Source: Chiloscyllium plagiosum (Eukaryota). Taken from it: a stretch of DNA of 36,558 bases. Positions 23,885 through 36,097 of this stretch are shown piece by piece. The stretch covers positions 63,236,478 to 63,273,035 of the forward strand of contig NC_057719.1 in the NCBI RefSeq assembly GCF_004010195.1, read 5' to 3'. Each line of letters opens with the position of its first letter. The stretch's first letter is position 1. The notes below the pieces were generated by a model. It saw only the letters and a list, made by a program, of their open reading frames with translations. It made no database searches and had not been told where the DNA came from. The translations under genes and the position numbers were made by a program.

Positions 23885-24705
23885 ACAGCTGATAAGGTGC
23901 CACGTGGATAATGCAGAAAACAAAATGCATGGTTGCCAGGGTAACATATTAGCATGGGTAGAAGATTAGCTGGCTGACAGAAAACAGAGAGTATGCATAA
24001 ATGAGCCTTTGCTGATTAGCAGAATGTGATGAGTAGACTGCTGCAGGGGTCCATTTGGTAGAAACTTTAAAAAGCAGGGTATTACTTAAGTAGACAATGA
24101 CTTCAGAATTCTGAAGTGCAGAGGCATTTACGTGTTCTATATGAATATCAAAACATTAGTATGCAAGTACAGTGTGTAATCAAGAAGGTCAATGGATGCT
24201 ACTCTGAAATTTATGAGTTTGAACATAAAAGTTATGTTATGCTTCAGTTAAAGAGGACAATTGGTGAAACCACAAATTAAATGTGGTCAATCACCAAATT
24301 AATTGTATGCAGTTTTAATCTATTTATTTAAGGCAGGATATAAATGCATTGGAGGTGGTTCAGGGAGGGGTTTATCAGATTGATAATTGGAATGAATGTG
24401 TTACCTTTCCCTAGGATAGTTTGGATAGGATGGACTTGTTCCACTGTAGTAAAGAAGAGTGAGGGAGTGTCTTAATAATAGTCTCCAAGATCCTGAACAG
24501 TCTTAACAGGTTAGATGTGGAGAGGCTGTTCCCTCTTGTGGGTTAGTCTAGAACTAGGGGACATTTTAACAATTAGGACAAAAGAGGAGAACTTGTTTCT
24601 CTTCGAGGATTATATGACTTTGGAACTCTCTGCCTCAGAAGGGTAGTTGAATATTTTTAATTCAGAGGTAGATTCTTGTTAGGCATGGGATTCACAGGTG
24701 AGACT
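23885..24705 (+). mobile_element. Old, internally deleted CR1 ORF2 fragment
   Basis: GATAAGGTGCCAC (DKVP), GCTGGCTGACAGAAAACAGAGAGT (LADRKQRV) and GGAACTCTCTGCCTCAGAAG. Confidence 0.8.
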
Positions 24706-26957
24706 TGATCTTGGTTCTCAACAAGTTAATTAGCATTAATAGGGAGTCCTTTAGTCAAACTATTGAGTACACCAGTTACTTATCCTAATTGAAAAGACCC
24801 CTTATTATTAACTATAGGAATCAAATTGTTGTGACAGTTTGATAAATTGATATGTTATGTTCTGCAGACACGCTATCATCTTCAATCCTGTTACACATCA
24901 ACAACTTCAATCAGCTTTGAGCCACTCAATGTTATTGGGTCAATATTGCCACTTTCCTCTGTAACCCTTGAATCACCTCATTGACTCGATAACAGTCACC
25001 ATCCACATGTCTTCTCCCACCTCCCACTACAGCCAACACTGTCCCTATGCCTAGCTTGGTCCCTCCTGTAAACCAAGCCACCAGTTCAGCATCATTACAG
25101 TACATCAATCCCTCCACTTTCTCCACCCGCTCTGACCCAGTCCCCATGAAATCATCCACTACCTACTCATGACCCTGGAACTCCCATCATACTGCATCCC
25201 AGCTCCTCTCCTCCCTGCCCATTATCCTCTCAGGACAGCATCAATCTGGCTTCTAGGAAAATTTCTCCAAGACCGTCCTGATCCAAATGCGCTCTTACTA
25301 CCCTCAGCAATATAGGGCAGCAATGCACCCTTGACACCATTATCCTTGCTCCCTTTCCCCAATACCCATTGCCTGTATTCCCTGGACAGAGTTCTTCGGA
25401 GTTCCCTCCCAATCCCAGACAACCCTACCTCCCTCAGACTACCTCCCTGCTCAGTGCCCCTTTTAGACAGACCTCACCTGATTTCCCATCATCACCTCCT
25501 GGAACAACTCTACCTAAAGGGAACAAATCAGTGGCTACTTGCTCAAAACCCAGCAGGCACAGACTATTTAAATGATTGATTTAAATCACTCAATCATATT
25601 CTTAGCAGAATTTTTATTTTATTTTGTGAAATAATTAATAAACAGAGGTTCTGCTATGAGAGGAAGCTGCACTGCCGGGTTGATGAAAGATTAATAGATG
25701 AAAAGATTATAAAGTTGAATAGAACTTGTCTTCAAGCACAGCAGAGAAAGGGATAGAACTTCTGAGAAGATTTCAGCCTGCTTTCCAAAAAGTAAGGCCT
25801 GAGTAAAACTTTTTTAGCTGAAGAACCTTAAATAGCATTTACCTTGGGGAAGTGGAGACTTGAGGAAGGTATTAGGCTGTCAGCCGATGATTTCATAATA
25901 GGAGCAAGAAACGGAGGAGCAATTTAGAGTCTTTCTAAACTGACAGAAGGAGTTCAGAATTTAAAATGTTCATCTAATTGCAGGTGGCATATCCAAGTAA
26001 CAGGCAGTGGCAGAAATTCAGCAGGGATTTGGCGAATTGAAAAGACAAAAGGAGATGAAGCTGCCAGCTGGGAAGACAAACAGCAGATGTGTAAGAAATT
26101 GACAGATTTGCAAAATAGCATAGAGTCAGGGTAATTAATTAGTTTGGAAACAACAGCGCAATATTAATTGCAGAGCAAGATAGACAAACAGACAATATGA
26201 AACACAATTAGCAGTAATGGTAGCACAGATCTTGGATAAGATTGTGAAAAGGGAGTAAATGTAAAATATTTTCCACTACAGGAGATGCAAAAGACAACCT
26301 CTTGAGTCCTGTTCTATGTCATTAACCTAGAATTGTGCCTCATTACAGTTTTCTACTTGAGATTGTCTTATTGTTTTCTCTTGCAATTTTAATTTAAGCC
26401 ATGTAGTTTGCAAAATCCAATAAGACAATGCAAGCTGGAAGCAAAGAAGCTGGGAGCACTGGATAGGAGGAAAGGCTTTCTCACAAGGCACACTGTCAGG
26501 CAATGATTTTCTGCTGTGTGTTCTTTCGCAGCCAACAAAGTAAAAAGGCAAGATTTTGCTTTCACTTTGTGTCAAAAGAAGAGCAGCTGAAAATAAAGTG
26601 ACTGTCAGCGTTGGCAAGTGTGCCGTATACCATAAATATCCGTTGGCAGGTCTGGAAACCCATAGTATGCCATCCCAGAAGCTGTGAATCAAAAGATGCA
26701 AATCAGTGAATGAAATGACTCCTATCCAACCTCAAGCTCTCAGCTTTTATGAGAGGCCAAACATTAAATTCTGTTACACTTCCAATAGTTTACATGTGAA
26801 GCTCAGTTCTTCAATTCATTTCCCTCATGTAGCTTGCAAATGCCAAACACTGGAAAATCCCCTAATCTGCTCCCTTGGTTCCCAGTGGAAACAAGGAGAT
26901 CTGCTCTGCCCAAAGGAAGGCTGATAGTTAACACCAGAAGTATTTGATTTTTATAAG

Positions 26958-27056
26958 ATTACTGCAGACTTCCTTCATCGGACACATGCGGAGTCTATCT
27001 CCAGTCCATTGCTTCAAGCAAGTCTATGTTGAACATCATTGCTCGTTTTGCCTTCG
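26958..27056 (+). other. Candidate 99-nt exon
   Basis: Acceptor TTTTTATAAG (alternative CAG at 26967) and strong donor TCG/GTGAGT. Open in two frames. Confidence 0.3.
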
Positions 27057-28427
27057 GTGAGTAAAACAAAAATAATTCACAAACAGGCTGCAGCATCCCA
27101 GTCAGACAGAGCACAATCATCAATTTGAAAACAATGAATTCACAATTTTACAAGGGTGAAACAAAAGACATTCACTTGGGTGTGCATCAAATCCTACTAT
27201 TTATTAGTGAGCAAGTAGGACAGTTTGTTCTAACACCTTGAACTGAGAACATGCCTTTCCTGTGAGCCTGGGCAGGGTGAGTAGGAGGATGGGATGTTTT
27301 ATAACACTCAAGAGTATTTATTTCATGTGGACAATGACAGGCAGGCTACAGATTTATGGTGAATACCGTGAATAATTTCCAAAATTTCCAAAACTGAAAA
27401 CATTATTCATTATTCCAAGACAATAACAAAGAAAATAGCATGGATATACATGTGCAATTTGTGTACCTGGTATATTTATCATAACTATTGCTTAGTTACA
27501 TGTTGAGCATTCTTTTAATCCCCTACAATTTAATTAAAGTTAAAGGTACAATGGAAGACTGTTCATAAAGTGAACAGAAATGAAAGTAAACAGAAGTGAT
27601 TTGCTTGCAACTAGGTATCTAAGAGAGGCACAAGTTTCGCTTTTGAGGTTTTTATTTTCAAAATCCATCTTCCCCTCCCCTCAAACTCATCTGCTTATTA
27701 CCAAATCAAAGTCTGCCATGAATCAGCATACTTGGACAGCTTATGAAAACACAATACTTTTTTTGAATGATCATTCAAAAGGTATTCTTTGATATAATTA
27801 AGAGCGGTAATCTGTTGTGGTTTAGTGAAAAGAACTCAACAAAACAATGGCATTTTCCGTTACAATTGCAATCCACTAAGACTGTGATTGTTTAAAATAA
27901 ACCTAACGTGAGTCTGAATATTCCTGTCTCCAGACAGTCAGAAGACAGATGTACCCTGAAGGATACCTGTTGGAAGCTCTTGGAAGATCTGACAAAGTTA
28001 CATACGACTTAAATGACCAGGAAGTTTAAACAACTGAATAGGCTACTACTTTAAATTTGGAGCCCCCTGAAAAAGCCTCAAACTCTGAGACTTCAGAGGG
28101 TGCCCATTCACTTACAAAGGAAGGTGAGACAGATTAAAACCTGCTTGAGTCTGAGTAACTATAAAACTGACACCAACTCCCATGTATCACTCACACTGAT
28201 CCCTCAGTTAATCACACTGACCCTTCTCCATTCCCATAAACATAACCTCCCCATTGCTACAACACTTGACAGTCCCCCTGGTCACACACCCCCTCCTGGA
28301 CACCCTACAGCAAAGCCACAGGACATTTGCTTCTCCAACACCACCACCATGTATCCCCCATCCATCCACTCACTCCCTCAATACTCAACTCCCCTCTTGA
28401 TCTCCCTATCCACTCTATAGCCAGTCA

Positions 28428-28775
28428 TTGAATCATAGAATTATACAGCACAAAACAGATGCATGCCTGTCAGACATCCCAATCTGACCTATTCCCACTT
28501 GCCACCCTTTGGCCTAAATCCCTCAAAATCCTTCCTATACCCATCCAGATACCTTTTTAATGTTGTAATCTTACCCACCTCAACCACTTCCTCTGGCAGC
28601 TCATTCGGTACACATTCCACCACCCTGTGTACAAAAAATATAGCCCTTAGATTCAATTTAAATCTTGCCCTTCTCACCTTAAACCTATGCCCGTTAGGTT
28701 TAGACTCGCCTGTCCAGGGAAAAATAGCTTAACTTCACCTATCCATTCCTCTCATGATTTTATAAACCTCTAAAA
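28428..28775 (-). mobile_element. CR1 (HER1-like) 3' fragment
   Basis: FFVHRVVECVPNELPEEVVEVGKITTLKRYLDGY peptide and TTCTATGATTC tail. Confidence 0.9.
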
Positions 28776-29854
28776 GATAAAAGGACGTAGGGTCTGAAAG
28801 GGTTAATCTTGAATAGTATCACCCATTATGACAATGACACATAGGCTTGACGGAGGAACAGCTTTGGATCTTGAAACAGTAAGACCTTGCACCTGGACTT
28901 TCCTCATAGCCTCTGTAACAATGTCTATCACATCTATCTTACACATAGTTGCTATGATGCAATAAACTATCCATGACATCTTTTTAAAGACCGAGCATTT
29001 CTCATCAAGCTGTTTTTTCTCTGCCACATGAAACCATGAGCCCTGTCCATATCTAGCCTGAATGAAGATGATGGTAACAAAATTACCTTAAAGTGAGCAG
29101 GATATAGAGAGCTGCTACAAAATGATGAGCAGCAGTACACATTGTTCATACAACAGCCCACATTTACCTGGCACCTCACTTCCTGACCCTGCCATCCATT
29201 TACTTGCCATTCTACACCCTCACCCACCCGCCACCCTACTCCTCATTCAAACACTATTTCATCTCGTCACTCACTGACACCCTACCTCACCCATCGGACA
29301 ATCTACCCCTCGCCACCAGCACCTCACTTCCTTCCCCAACTTACACTTTACCCTCTCATCAATGTACCAGCCACTAAGCCCGTCACCCAAGTACGTGTCA
29401 CACTACACTCTTAATTGCATACCTGCCTATCTCCTCACCCGCATATCTGCATCTCTCACTCCTCACCTATTCATTTGGCACCTTATTCCCTCAATGTGTG
29501 TAAGTTATCTAACACGTATACCTTCTCTTCACAGCTTCTCCAAAAGACTTTGGGACATTTAAACTGTGTTTACTTCTGGAATTCAGCAGCTAGGACTGTA
29601 AAAAGCGAGTTTGCTTTTGCACAGTTTCTCTGCACTGTTCCCTTGAGGACTGTGCACTGCTTAAGTCTGGAAGGATTCTCAATCTGAATTTGAGTACAAA
29701 AATCTTTGGAAGTTTAGTGTGTTCCTTTTTATCTGATCTGGGTCAGAATTAGAGATTTCAACCCAGATTGGAAGACTTGAACCATAGAAAACTGTTTGCT
29801 AGTTATGTTGGATCAATAGTCTGTTTTCTTGCTAGGATAGACCAGCATTTGAAT

Positions 29855-30030
29855 ATTGCTAAAAATAGAGACACATTGTATTGCACTCATCAAGACAAAT
29901 ACAAAATGCCAAATTATAGATGATCATAACAATTTATACTACTTGAGAAAAGGATACTGATTGGTTGACAAATGGACTCTCGTAGGCAAAGGTATTACAA
30001 TGGAGAAAGTAATGGGAAACTATAAGCTAC
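29855..30030 (-). mobile_element. Possible decayed Penelope end with a truncated HHR
   Basis: The minus strand reads GTCTTGATGAGTGCAA. The family is recalled only loosely. Confidence 0.4.
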
Positions 30031-30582
30031 AAGGTAATTGTTATGCCAACAACCAAATTAAGACAATGAGTTGAATTTGTAACACGGCTGATTACCTCTG
30101 CTAGCAGTGAGATGTTTTCATACACAGAGATCCATTCGAGCTTTCCTCCTTTTTTTGAATAACATAAGCACATAATACAAAGGAGCCTACTCTACCATTC
30201 AACTGAATCCATGGCTGATTTTCTAACTCAATACCATTTTCCCATATCTCCTGATATCTTTAATATTTAGAAATCTAGCAATCTTCATTAATGTCTTGGA
30301 TATAATCAATGATTAAGTCTCGGCAGTCTTTCAGAATAGGGATTTCCAAAAATTTACCACTGACAGATGAAGAAATTCCTCCAGTTATAAATGGCCTATC
30401 TCTTACTCTAAGACTGTGTCACCAGTTATAGAACTGCATCCCCTAGACAAGGAAAATATCTTTCTTGCATTCCACTTGTTGAACCCTCAATCTCTCCTCA
30501 TATGGTAATCCTATCATCCCAGGAATAGTTTGGTGAAGATTTATTGCATTCCTATTACGTCAAGTATATCCTTCCTAGAGTA

Positions 30583-30713
30583 TGATGTGGAGGTGCCAGT
30601 GTTGGACTGGAATGAACAAAGTTAAAAATCACATGACACCAGGTTATAGTCGAACAGGTTTATTTGGAAGTACAAGCTTTCAGAGCGTTGCTCCTTCGTC
30701 AGGTAGCTAGTAG
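30583..30713 (-). mobile_element. 131-bp solo Penelope terminal-repeat unit with TSD
   Basis: The minus strand carries an HHR, then AATAAACCTGTTCGACTATAACCTGGTG. Flanks are TTCCTAGAGTA (30572-30582) and TTCCTCGAGTA (30714-30724). Confidence 0.88.
30671..30705 (-). ncRNA. Minimal type I hammerhead ribozyme motif, complete core
   Basis: UAC-CUGACGA-A-GGAGC-AAC-GCUCU-GAAA-GC-UU-GUA. Stem I is UAC/GUA and stem II has 5 bp closing with a G.U pair. Confidence 0.75.
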
Positions 30714-30957
30714 TTCCTCGAGTAAAGAGGCCAAAACTGCACATAATATCCCAATTGCAGTTTCATCAATGTAGTATAAAATTCCACCAAGGTATCTTCC
30801 TAGTGTACTCAAGTCCTCTTCAAATAAAGACCAAAATACCATTTCCCTTACTTATTGCACCTGTATCTTTACTCCAGTGGCTTATGAACAATGACATCCA
30901 AGTTAGTTTGAATAGAAAATATGTCTGAATCACTCAGTTAAGAAATGATCTGTATTT

Positions 30958-31262
30958 AATTAGATTCCCCACAGTGTGGAAACAGGCCCTTTAGCCCAAA
31001 CCGACCCTCCAAAGAGTAACCTATACAAACCCATTCCTCCTAACTAATGCACCTAACTCTACAGGCAATTTTAGCATGACCAATTCACTTGACCAGCACA
31101 TCTTTGTGACTGTGGGGGGAAACAGGAGCACCCAGAGGAAACCCACGCAGACACGGGGAGAGTGTGCAAACTCCACACAGACAGTCCCCTGAGGCTGGAA
31201 TCAAACCTGGGACCCTTGTGCTGTGAGGCAGCAGTGCTAACCACTGAGCCACTGTGCTACCC
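30958..31262 (-). mobile_element. HE1-type SINE, full length
   Basis: A box TGGCTCAGTGG, B box GGTTTGATTCC and shared body. Confidence 0.93.
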
Positions 31263-32267
31263 TCCTGTTTTGTCCCAAAGTGGATAACTTCATGTTTTGC
31301 CACATTATAGTCTCTCTGCCATGTTCATGCCCAATCATTTAAATTGTTTAAATCTCTTTGAAGTGTGTTTGCACCATCCTCACAACTCACAGTCCCACCT
31401 ATGTACTTCATCAGCAAACTCAAAAATATTACAGTTCAACCCCACATCCAAATCATTGTGATAAATTGTGAATATAGCTTGGGCCCATGCACTGATATTT
31501 CTTGTACCCCACTAGTCATAAACTGCCTAGAAAATGACTTGTTTATTCCTATTTTCTGTTTTCTGACCATAAACTAATTCTTCACTCGTGCAACGTATTA
31601 TCCCCAACATATGCTCTGACTTTATTTACTCTTGTTTGGAATCTTATTTAAAGCCTTCTGAAAATTCAAATGCACCACATCCACTGGTTCCCTTATCTAT
31701 TCAGCTAGTTGCATCCTCAAGAAAAAGTTCAACAAGCTTATACAATATGATTTCTCTTCCTGAATCTGGCTAATTCTATGATTCTTTCCTAAGGATCCAG
31801 TCCTCATAACTTTTATAATAGCTTCTAGCATTTTTCCAACTCCTGACATCAGACGAATGTGTCTGTAGCTCTCTTTCACTTTGTTAACAAGTGGAATTAT
31901 ATTTGTTCCTTCTGATCTGCAGGTATGTGTAGAATCTATAAAATTCTGAAGGATGATCAGCAATGCCTCTCTTATCTCTCCAATCATCTCTTTCAGCACT
32001 AGAGGATGTAAGTCATCAGGTAGAGAAGATTTATCAACTTTCAGGATGATTGGTTTTGTTTGGGGACTTGGTTGACATGGACTAGCTGGACTCTGTATAA
32101 CTCTAATGTTTGCAGTTCAACGTTTTGACTAATATTAATTTCTTGCAGTTCCTCATTCTTGTTCATTCTTTGATCCTCTATTATTTTTTAGAACATTTTT
32201 GATATCTTTCTCCAGGAAGTCAGGCAAAGAAAATATTGTTTTGTTTCTCAATAATTTCCTTAATCCA

Positions 32268-32910
32268 GTGACACAATTTTGGTCTTTTGACAAGGTTACT
32301 ATCGCCTTTGAGTTTTCTTTTCCAGAGAGGGGGATAATTGGCCAGGCTCCAACGAGGCTGGGGTTGAAAGGTTTACTGGGGCACTTTTTGATTACCCCTA
32401 ACAGATACTGCCTTCAGCATAAGGCTTTCATGTATTTTAAAAAAGGTTATAATCAAAGGGGAGTGGCCATCTAGCTGTGTAGCTAGCTATCGTTTAGATT
32501 AGAGTTTTTGATTCAGTTCAGCAGCAGTGTGTGTGTGAAAAAAGGCTGCTGGTTCTCTCCCTCCTTCTGCCCTTCTGACTTCATAACCTATAAGCTTTTT
32601 GTGCCATTTGTACCCTTTGTGTTGATGGGTTTGTTTATTGGGATTGTTGCAAGTAATTCGGAACAGCATCATTAAGTCAGGTTAGTCTGTCAGGTTTTGG
32701 ATAGGGTAAGTTATCCAGTGTTCTATTTTCTGTTATTTGTGTTTCATTCCATAATTTTGTAAATAAATTCTGTTTGTTTAAAACTTAGGAGTCAGATCAG
32801 CTAAATCAGTCCAGGAATATCCACTATGCCCTGACCTAAAATAAATAGCAAAGTTATGATCTGGGCTACCTGCTTAAAAATGTTTGAGGGGTAGGGCTTG
32901 GTCCATGACA
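32268..32910 (+). mobile_element. Probable solo LTR
   Basis: A ~640-bp non-coding block interrupting the CR1. It ends GGTCCATGACA and has AATAAA at 32762. The left boundary and TSD are unclear. Confidence 0.5.
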
Positions 32911-32928
32911 CAAGTGTTAAATTTTCTT

Positions 32929-33100
32929 AACATAGCATAAATGCAGTCCCTCCACACATCACTTCAGATCTGATGAAGAGTCATCCAGACTCTAAACATT
33001 AGCTTGCTCTCTCTCCATGGATGCTGTCTGACTCGCTGTGATCTCAAGCATTTGTCATTTTCAGTACAGATTCCAGCACATGCAGTAATTTGATTCTACC
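32929..33100 (+). mobile_element. 172-bp Penelope unit with an HHR (G12 mutated) and a perfect 12-bp TSD
   Basis: CTGATGA-A-GAGTC-ATCCA-GACTC-TAAACATT from 32970. TTAAATTTTCTT lies at 32917-32928 and 33101-33112. Confidence 0.87.
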
Positions 33101-33899
33101 TTAAATTTTCTTGTCTCTACTGGTAATTGGCCCACATTTTTCTCTGCTAATGCTTTCCTCTTACATACCTATGGAAGCTTTAATAATTTCTTAATATGTT
33201 ACTCACTAGTTTAATGTCATATTTTGTTTTCCTTTGAAAAATATGTGCCAATCCTCAGGCTTGCTATGATTTAGCAATTTTAGGAGCCTTTTTCTTTGAT
33301 CTAATACACTTGTTAACTTCTTTTGTTAATCACAGCTGAATCACCTTTCCTGTTGCATTTTGGGTCTCAAGGGAAAGTAGACTCATTGTAAACTATGTGT
33401 TTGGTGGCCTATTCACAACACCCCTAATGCTTCTCACCTCCATTCAATCTGATTATATATCCTGATCCTCTCAAGTAAGACGTTCACTCACTTTTATGTT
33501 CTGATCTCATCTCTTATTAACATTGTTCCCCTCCTCCTTTCTTTTTTTGCCTGTCCCTCCTAAATGTCAAATATACAGTCCCCAATAGTTGGCTGCCCCA
33601 CAACCACATTTCTGGAATGGCAATTAGATTGTAACTGCTTGTTTCATACATACTGTCAATTCATCTGCCTTTTTGCAAATGTTGCTTGTATTCAAACAGC
33701 TTTAAACTTTGCTTATTTAACAAGTTTCTCTTTTTCAAGGTATCTGATGCTGTTCATTCTAATTGCTGCCAATTTCCAATTTGCTGACTTCCAATTTTGT
33801 CACCACTTTTCTTCCTACCATTACCTGCTCTGTTTCTCACCTCTTTAAATTCCTTCTCAGGTCTCAACACCACAGTTCAGCAGGAGACAAATAATCTCT

Positions 33900-34230
33900 C
33901 TTTCCTGTTTCATGGCATGTAGATATTATTGGTGAGGTCAGTATTTGTTGACCAACTTGCCCAACCATTCCAGAGGGGAGTTGAATCCACAACATTGCTA
34001 TGGGCCTAGAGTCACATAGTGCAGAGTTCCTTCCTGAAAGAGCATTAATGAAGGTGTTATTTTTCACATTAATTGATGTTAGTTTCATGACACTGTTACT
34101 AGCTTTATATTCCAGATTTTCCTTTATAATTAGTTGAACTTAAATTCCCAGCTTACACACTGGGATTTGAACCCATACTTCTACACTATTAGTCTGGGTT
34201 TGTGGTCAAGTGATGTTACCAATGTGCCAG
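33900..34230 (-). mobile_element. tRNA-derived SINE family B
   Basis: GGGATTTGAACCCA (minus-strand B box GGTTCAAATCC); colinear with 600-935. Confidence 0.7.
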
Positions 34231-35155
34231 CATTACAATAGTCTGACTGTTGGGTTTCTGTTCTCCCAATTTAAGTTCGGCCTAATTCCTGACACCCCAC
34301 ATACAAGAATACAACATTTCACTCTGCACTGCCCTGTGAAATAGCTAGTTGATTGTATCAAAGCCACTTCATCAGATGGACAATAGCTTAAAGAGGTTAG
34401 AACCACCAGCTCCTCAGTGAGATTAGGAATGGGCAAGAAATACCAGTCTCATCAGCAATATCCACAAACCTGCAGGTAATACTTTTTAAAATCCTCATAA
34501 TGTGCAGACTACAATCTCTTGTTTGGCATCGAAAATTGTGTTTTTAATCTAGGTTGTTGAGAGCAGCTACAGCATCATGATGGCCATATCCACTTTTAAC
34601 AACTCCAGATGCTGCACTTGCAGTGAAATAACCTTTTAAAAGAGACAACAAAATTTCAGAAAATCTATAACTGACCTCAATTTGAGCAGTGCAGCTTTTT
34701 CAGGTAATAATGTAAAACTATTGGCTGCTCAGCATCTTTGGTAATTTCCCTTTGTTGCTTTCTCTTCAGTGTGTTTTTACTGAACTGATTTCTCAAATTG
34801 TTCATCACTCACGAGCTCACTGTAAATCACTGCAAAACAATTCAAAATGAACATCCGTTAAAATGTAATTAGCAGTTCAATAATGAACTCTGTTCACTAA
34901 GCATCCAAGGTTTTTGTACATATGTTGACAGCCTGTAAATAAATGACATTAAAGTCAGCCCAACCAGAGTGGCCTGAGAGTGATTGTCAGTATTCCTGCA
35001 GATTAATGGCTGTGGTTCAGTTTAATGTTCATTAAAGTTTGACTCAACGCTTTGTGTAATTGCTCAGACAAGAAAGAGCTCGAAGAAGACCATGTTTAAT
35101 TGTAATTTTTGCATAATTGTCCACTGTTTTTATCTTGTGAGTTGGAGATATCTCA

Positions 35156-35297
35156 AGTCAGGTGAATTGGCCATGCTAAATTGCCCATAGTGCTAGTTGC
35201 ATTAGTCAGAGGGAAATGGGTCTGGGTCAGAGGGTCAGTGTGGACTGACTGGGTCGAATGCCTGTTTCCACACTATAGGGAATCTAATCTAATCTAA
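35156..35297 (+). mobile_element. HE1-type SINE, 5'-truncated
   Basis: GGTGAATTGGCCATGCTAAATTGCCCATAGTG...CCTGTTTCCACACT...AATCTAATCTAATCT. Confidence 0.9.
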
Positions 35298-35424
35298 ATC
35301 ATCACAATAATAGAGGTAAACATAAGTTCCTAAAGCAGGATATTTTTCCAGTCACTGTGACAGGTCATAGGTATCATTGCTGGATTTTAATTATATGACT
35401 ACTGCATTGTTAATGAGCTAAGTT

Positions 35425-35748
35425 TTAGATTAGATTAGATTACATTACATTACAGTGTGGAAAGAGGCCCTTCGGCCCAACAAGTCCACACCGACCCGCC
35501 GAAGTACAACCCACCCATACCCCTACATTCACCCCTTACCTAACACTACAGGCAATTTAGCGCAGCCAATCCACCCTAACCTGCACATCTTTGGACTGTG
35601 GGAGGAAACCGGAGCACCCGGAGGAAACCCACGCAGACACGGGGAGAATGTGCAAACTCCACACAGACAGTCGCCCAAGGCTGGAATCGAACCCAGGTCT
35701 CTGGCGCTGTGAGGCAGCAGTGCTAACCACTGTGCCACCGTGCCGCCC
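35425..35748 (-). mobile_element. HE1-type SINE, full length, young (CpGs retained)
   Basis: GGGCGGCACGGTGGCACAGTGGTTAGC head, canonical B box GGTTCGATTCC and (AATCT)n tail. Confidence 0.95.
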
Positions 35749-36097
35749 TACTTTCAATTTTAACAGGTTTTACCTACTTTCAATTGAGGAAACTGCATGA
35801 AATGCCAATAGTGATGCTAGGAATCATCAGGTTACAATGAGTTTCATAAAATACAAAGAGCCAAAGGCAGGCAAGACAGAAATTGTGACCAAACAATTTC
35901 TAACTTTAACTTCAGAACACAGCAAGTTCCTCAGAGAATCAGAAATATTTAAGCAGAGATAATCAGAAGATCATTTCTCACACCTGTACTGATCTCATCC
36001 TTTGGTAACAGCTACCCAAACTCCTTTTTCTGATGTTTCTGTCCTGCTGATATGTGAACTACCTTAAATATTCAGTTCACAGCCTTGGTCATTTTGT

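Larger units (their letters stand above)
30160..32160 (-). mobile_element. Old CR1 ORF2 fragment interrupted by a Penelope unit and an HE1 SINE
   Basis: EIREALLIILQN...NIIPL..K...YRHIRLMSGVGKMLEAIIK and EVIHFG peptides, with a CR1 tail near 30165. It probably continues at about 33110-33700. Confidence 0.85.

Noticed and set aside
25678..25705. TTGATGAAAG...GAAAA as another hammerhead
   Set aside because: No paired stem II and no flanking Penelope sequence.
26958..27056. Faint resemblance of SSKSMLNIIARFAF to the ETS1/2 pre-pointed segment
   Set aside because: Too few identities, and no downstream ETS exons were found.
35670..35748. tRNA gene (A and B boxes)
   Set aside because: It is the tRNA-derived head of a SINE, followed by SINE body and tail.
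9348..35800. Recurrent GNLAWPIHL..CGRKPE and VAQWLALL ORFs resembling a gene family
   Set aside because: All are translations of HE1 SINE copies.
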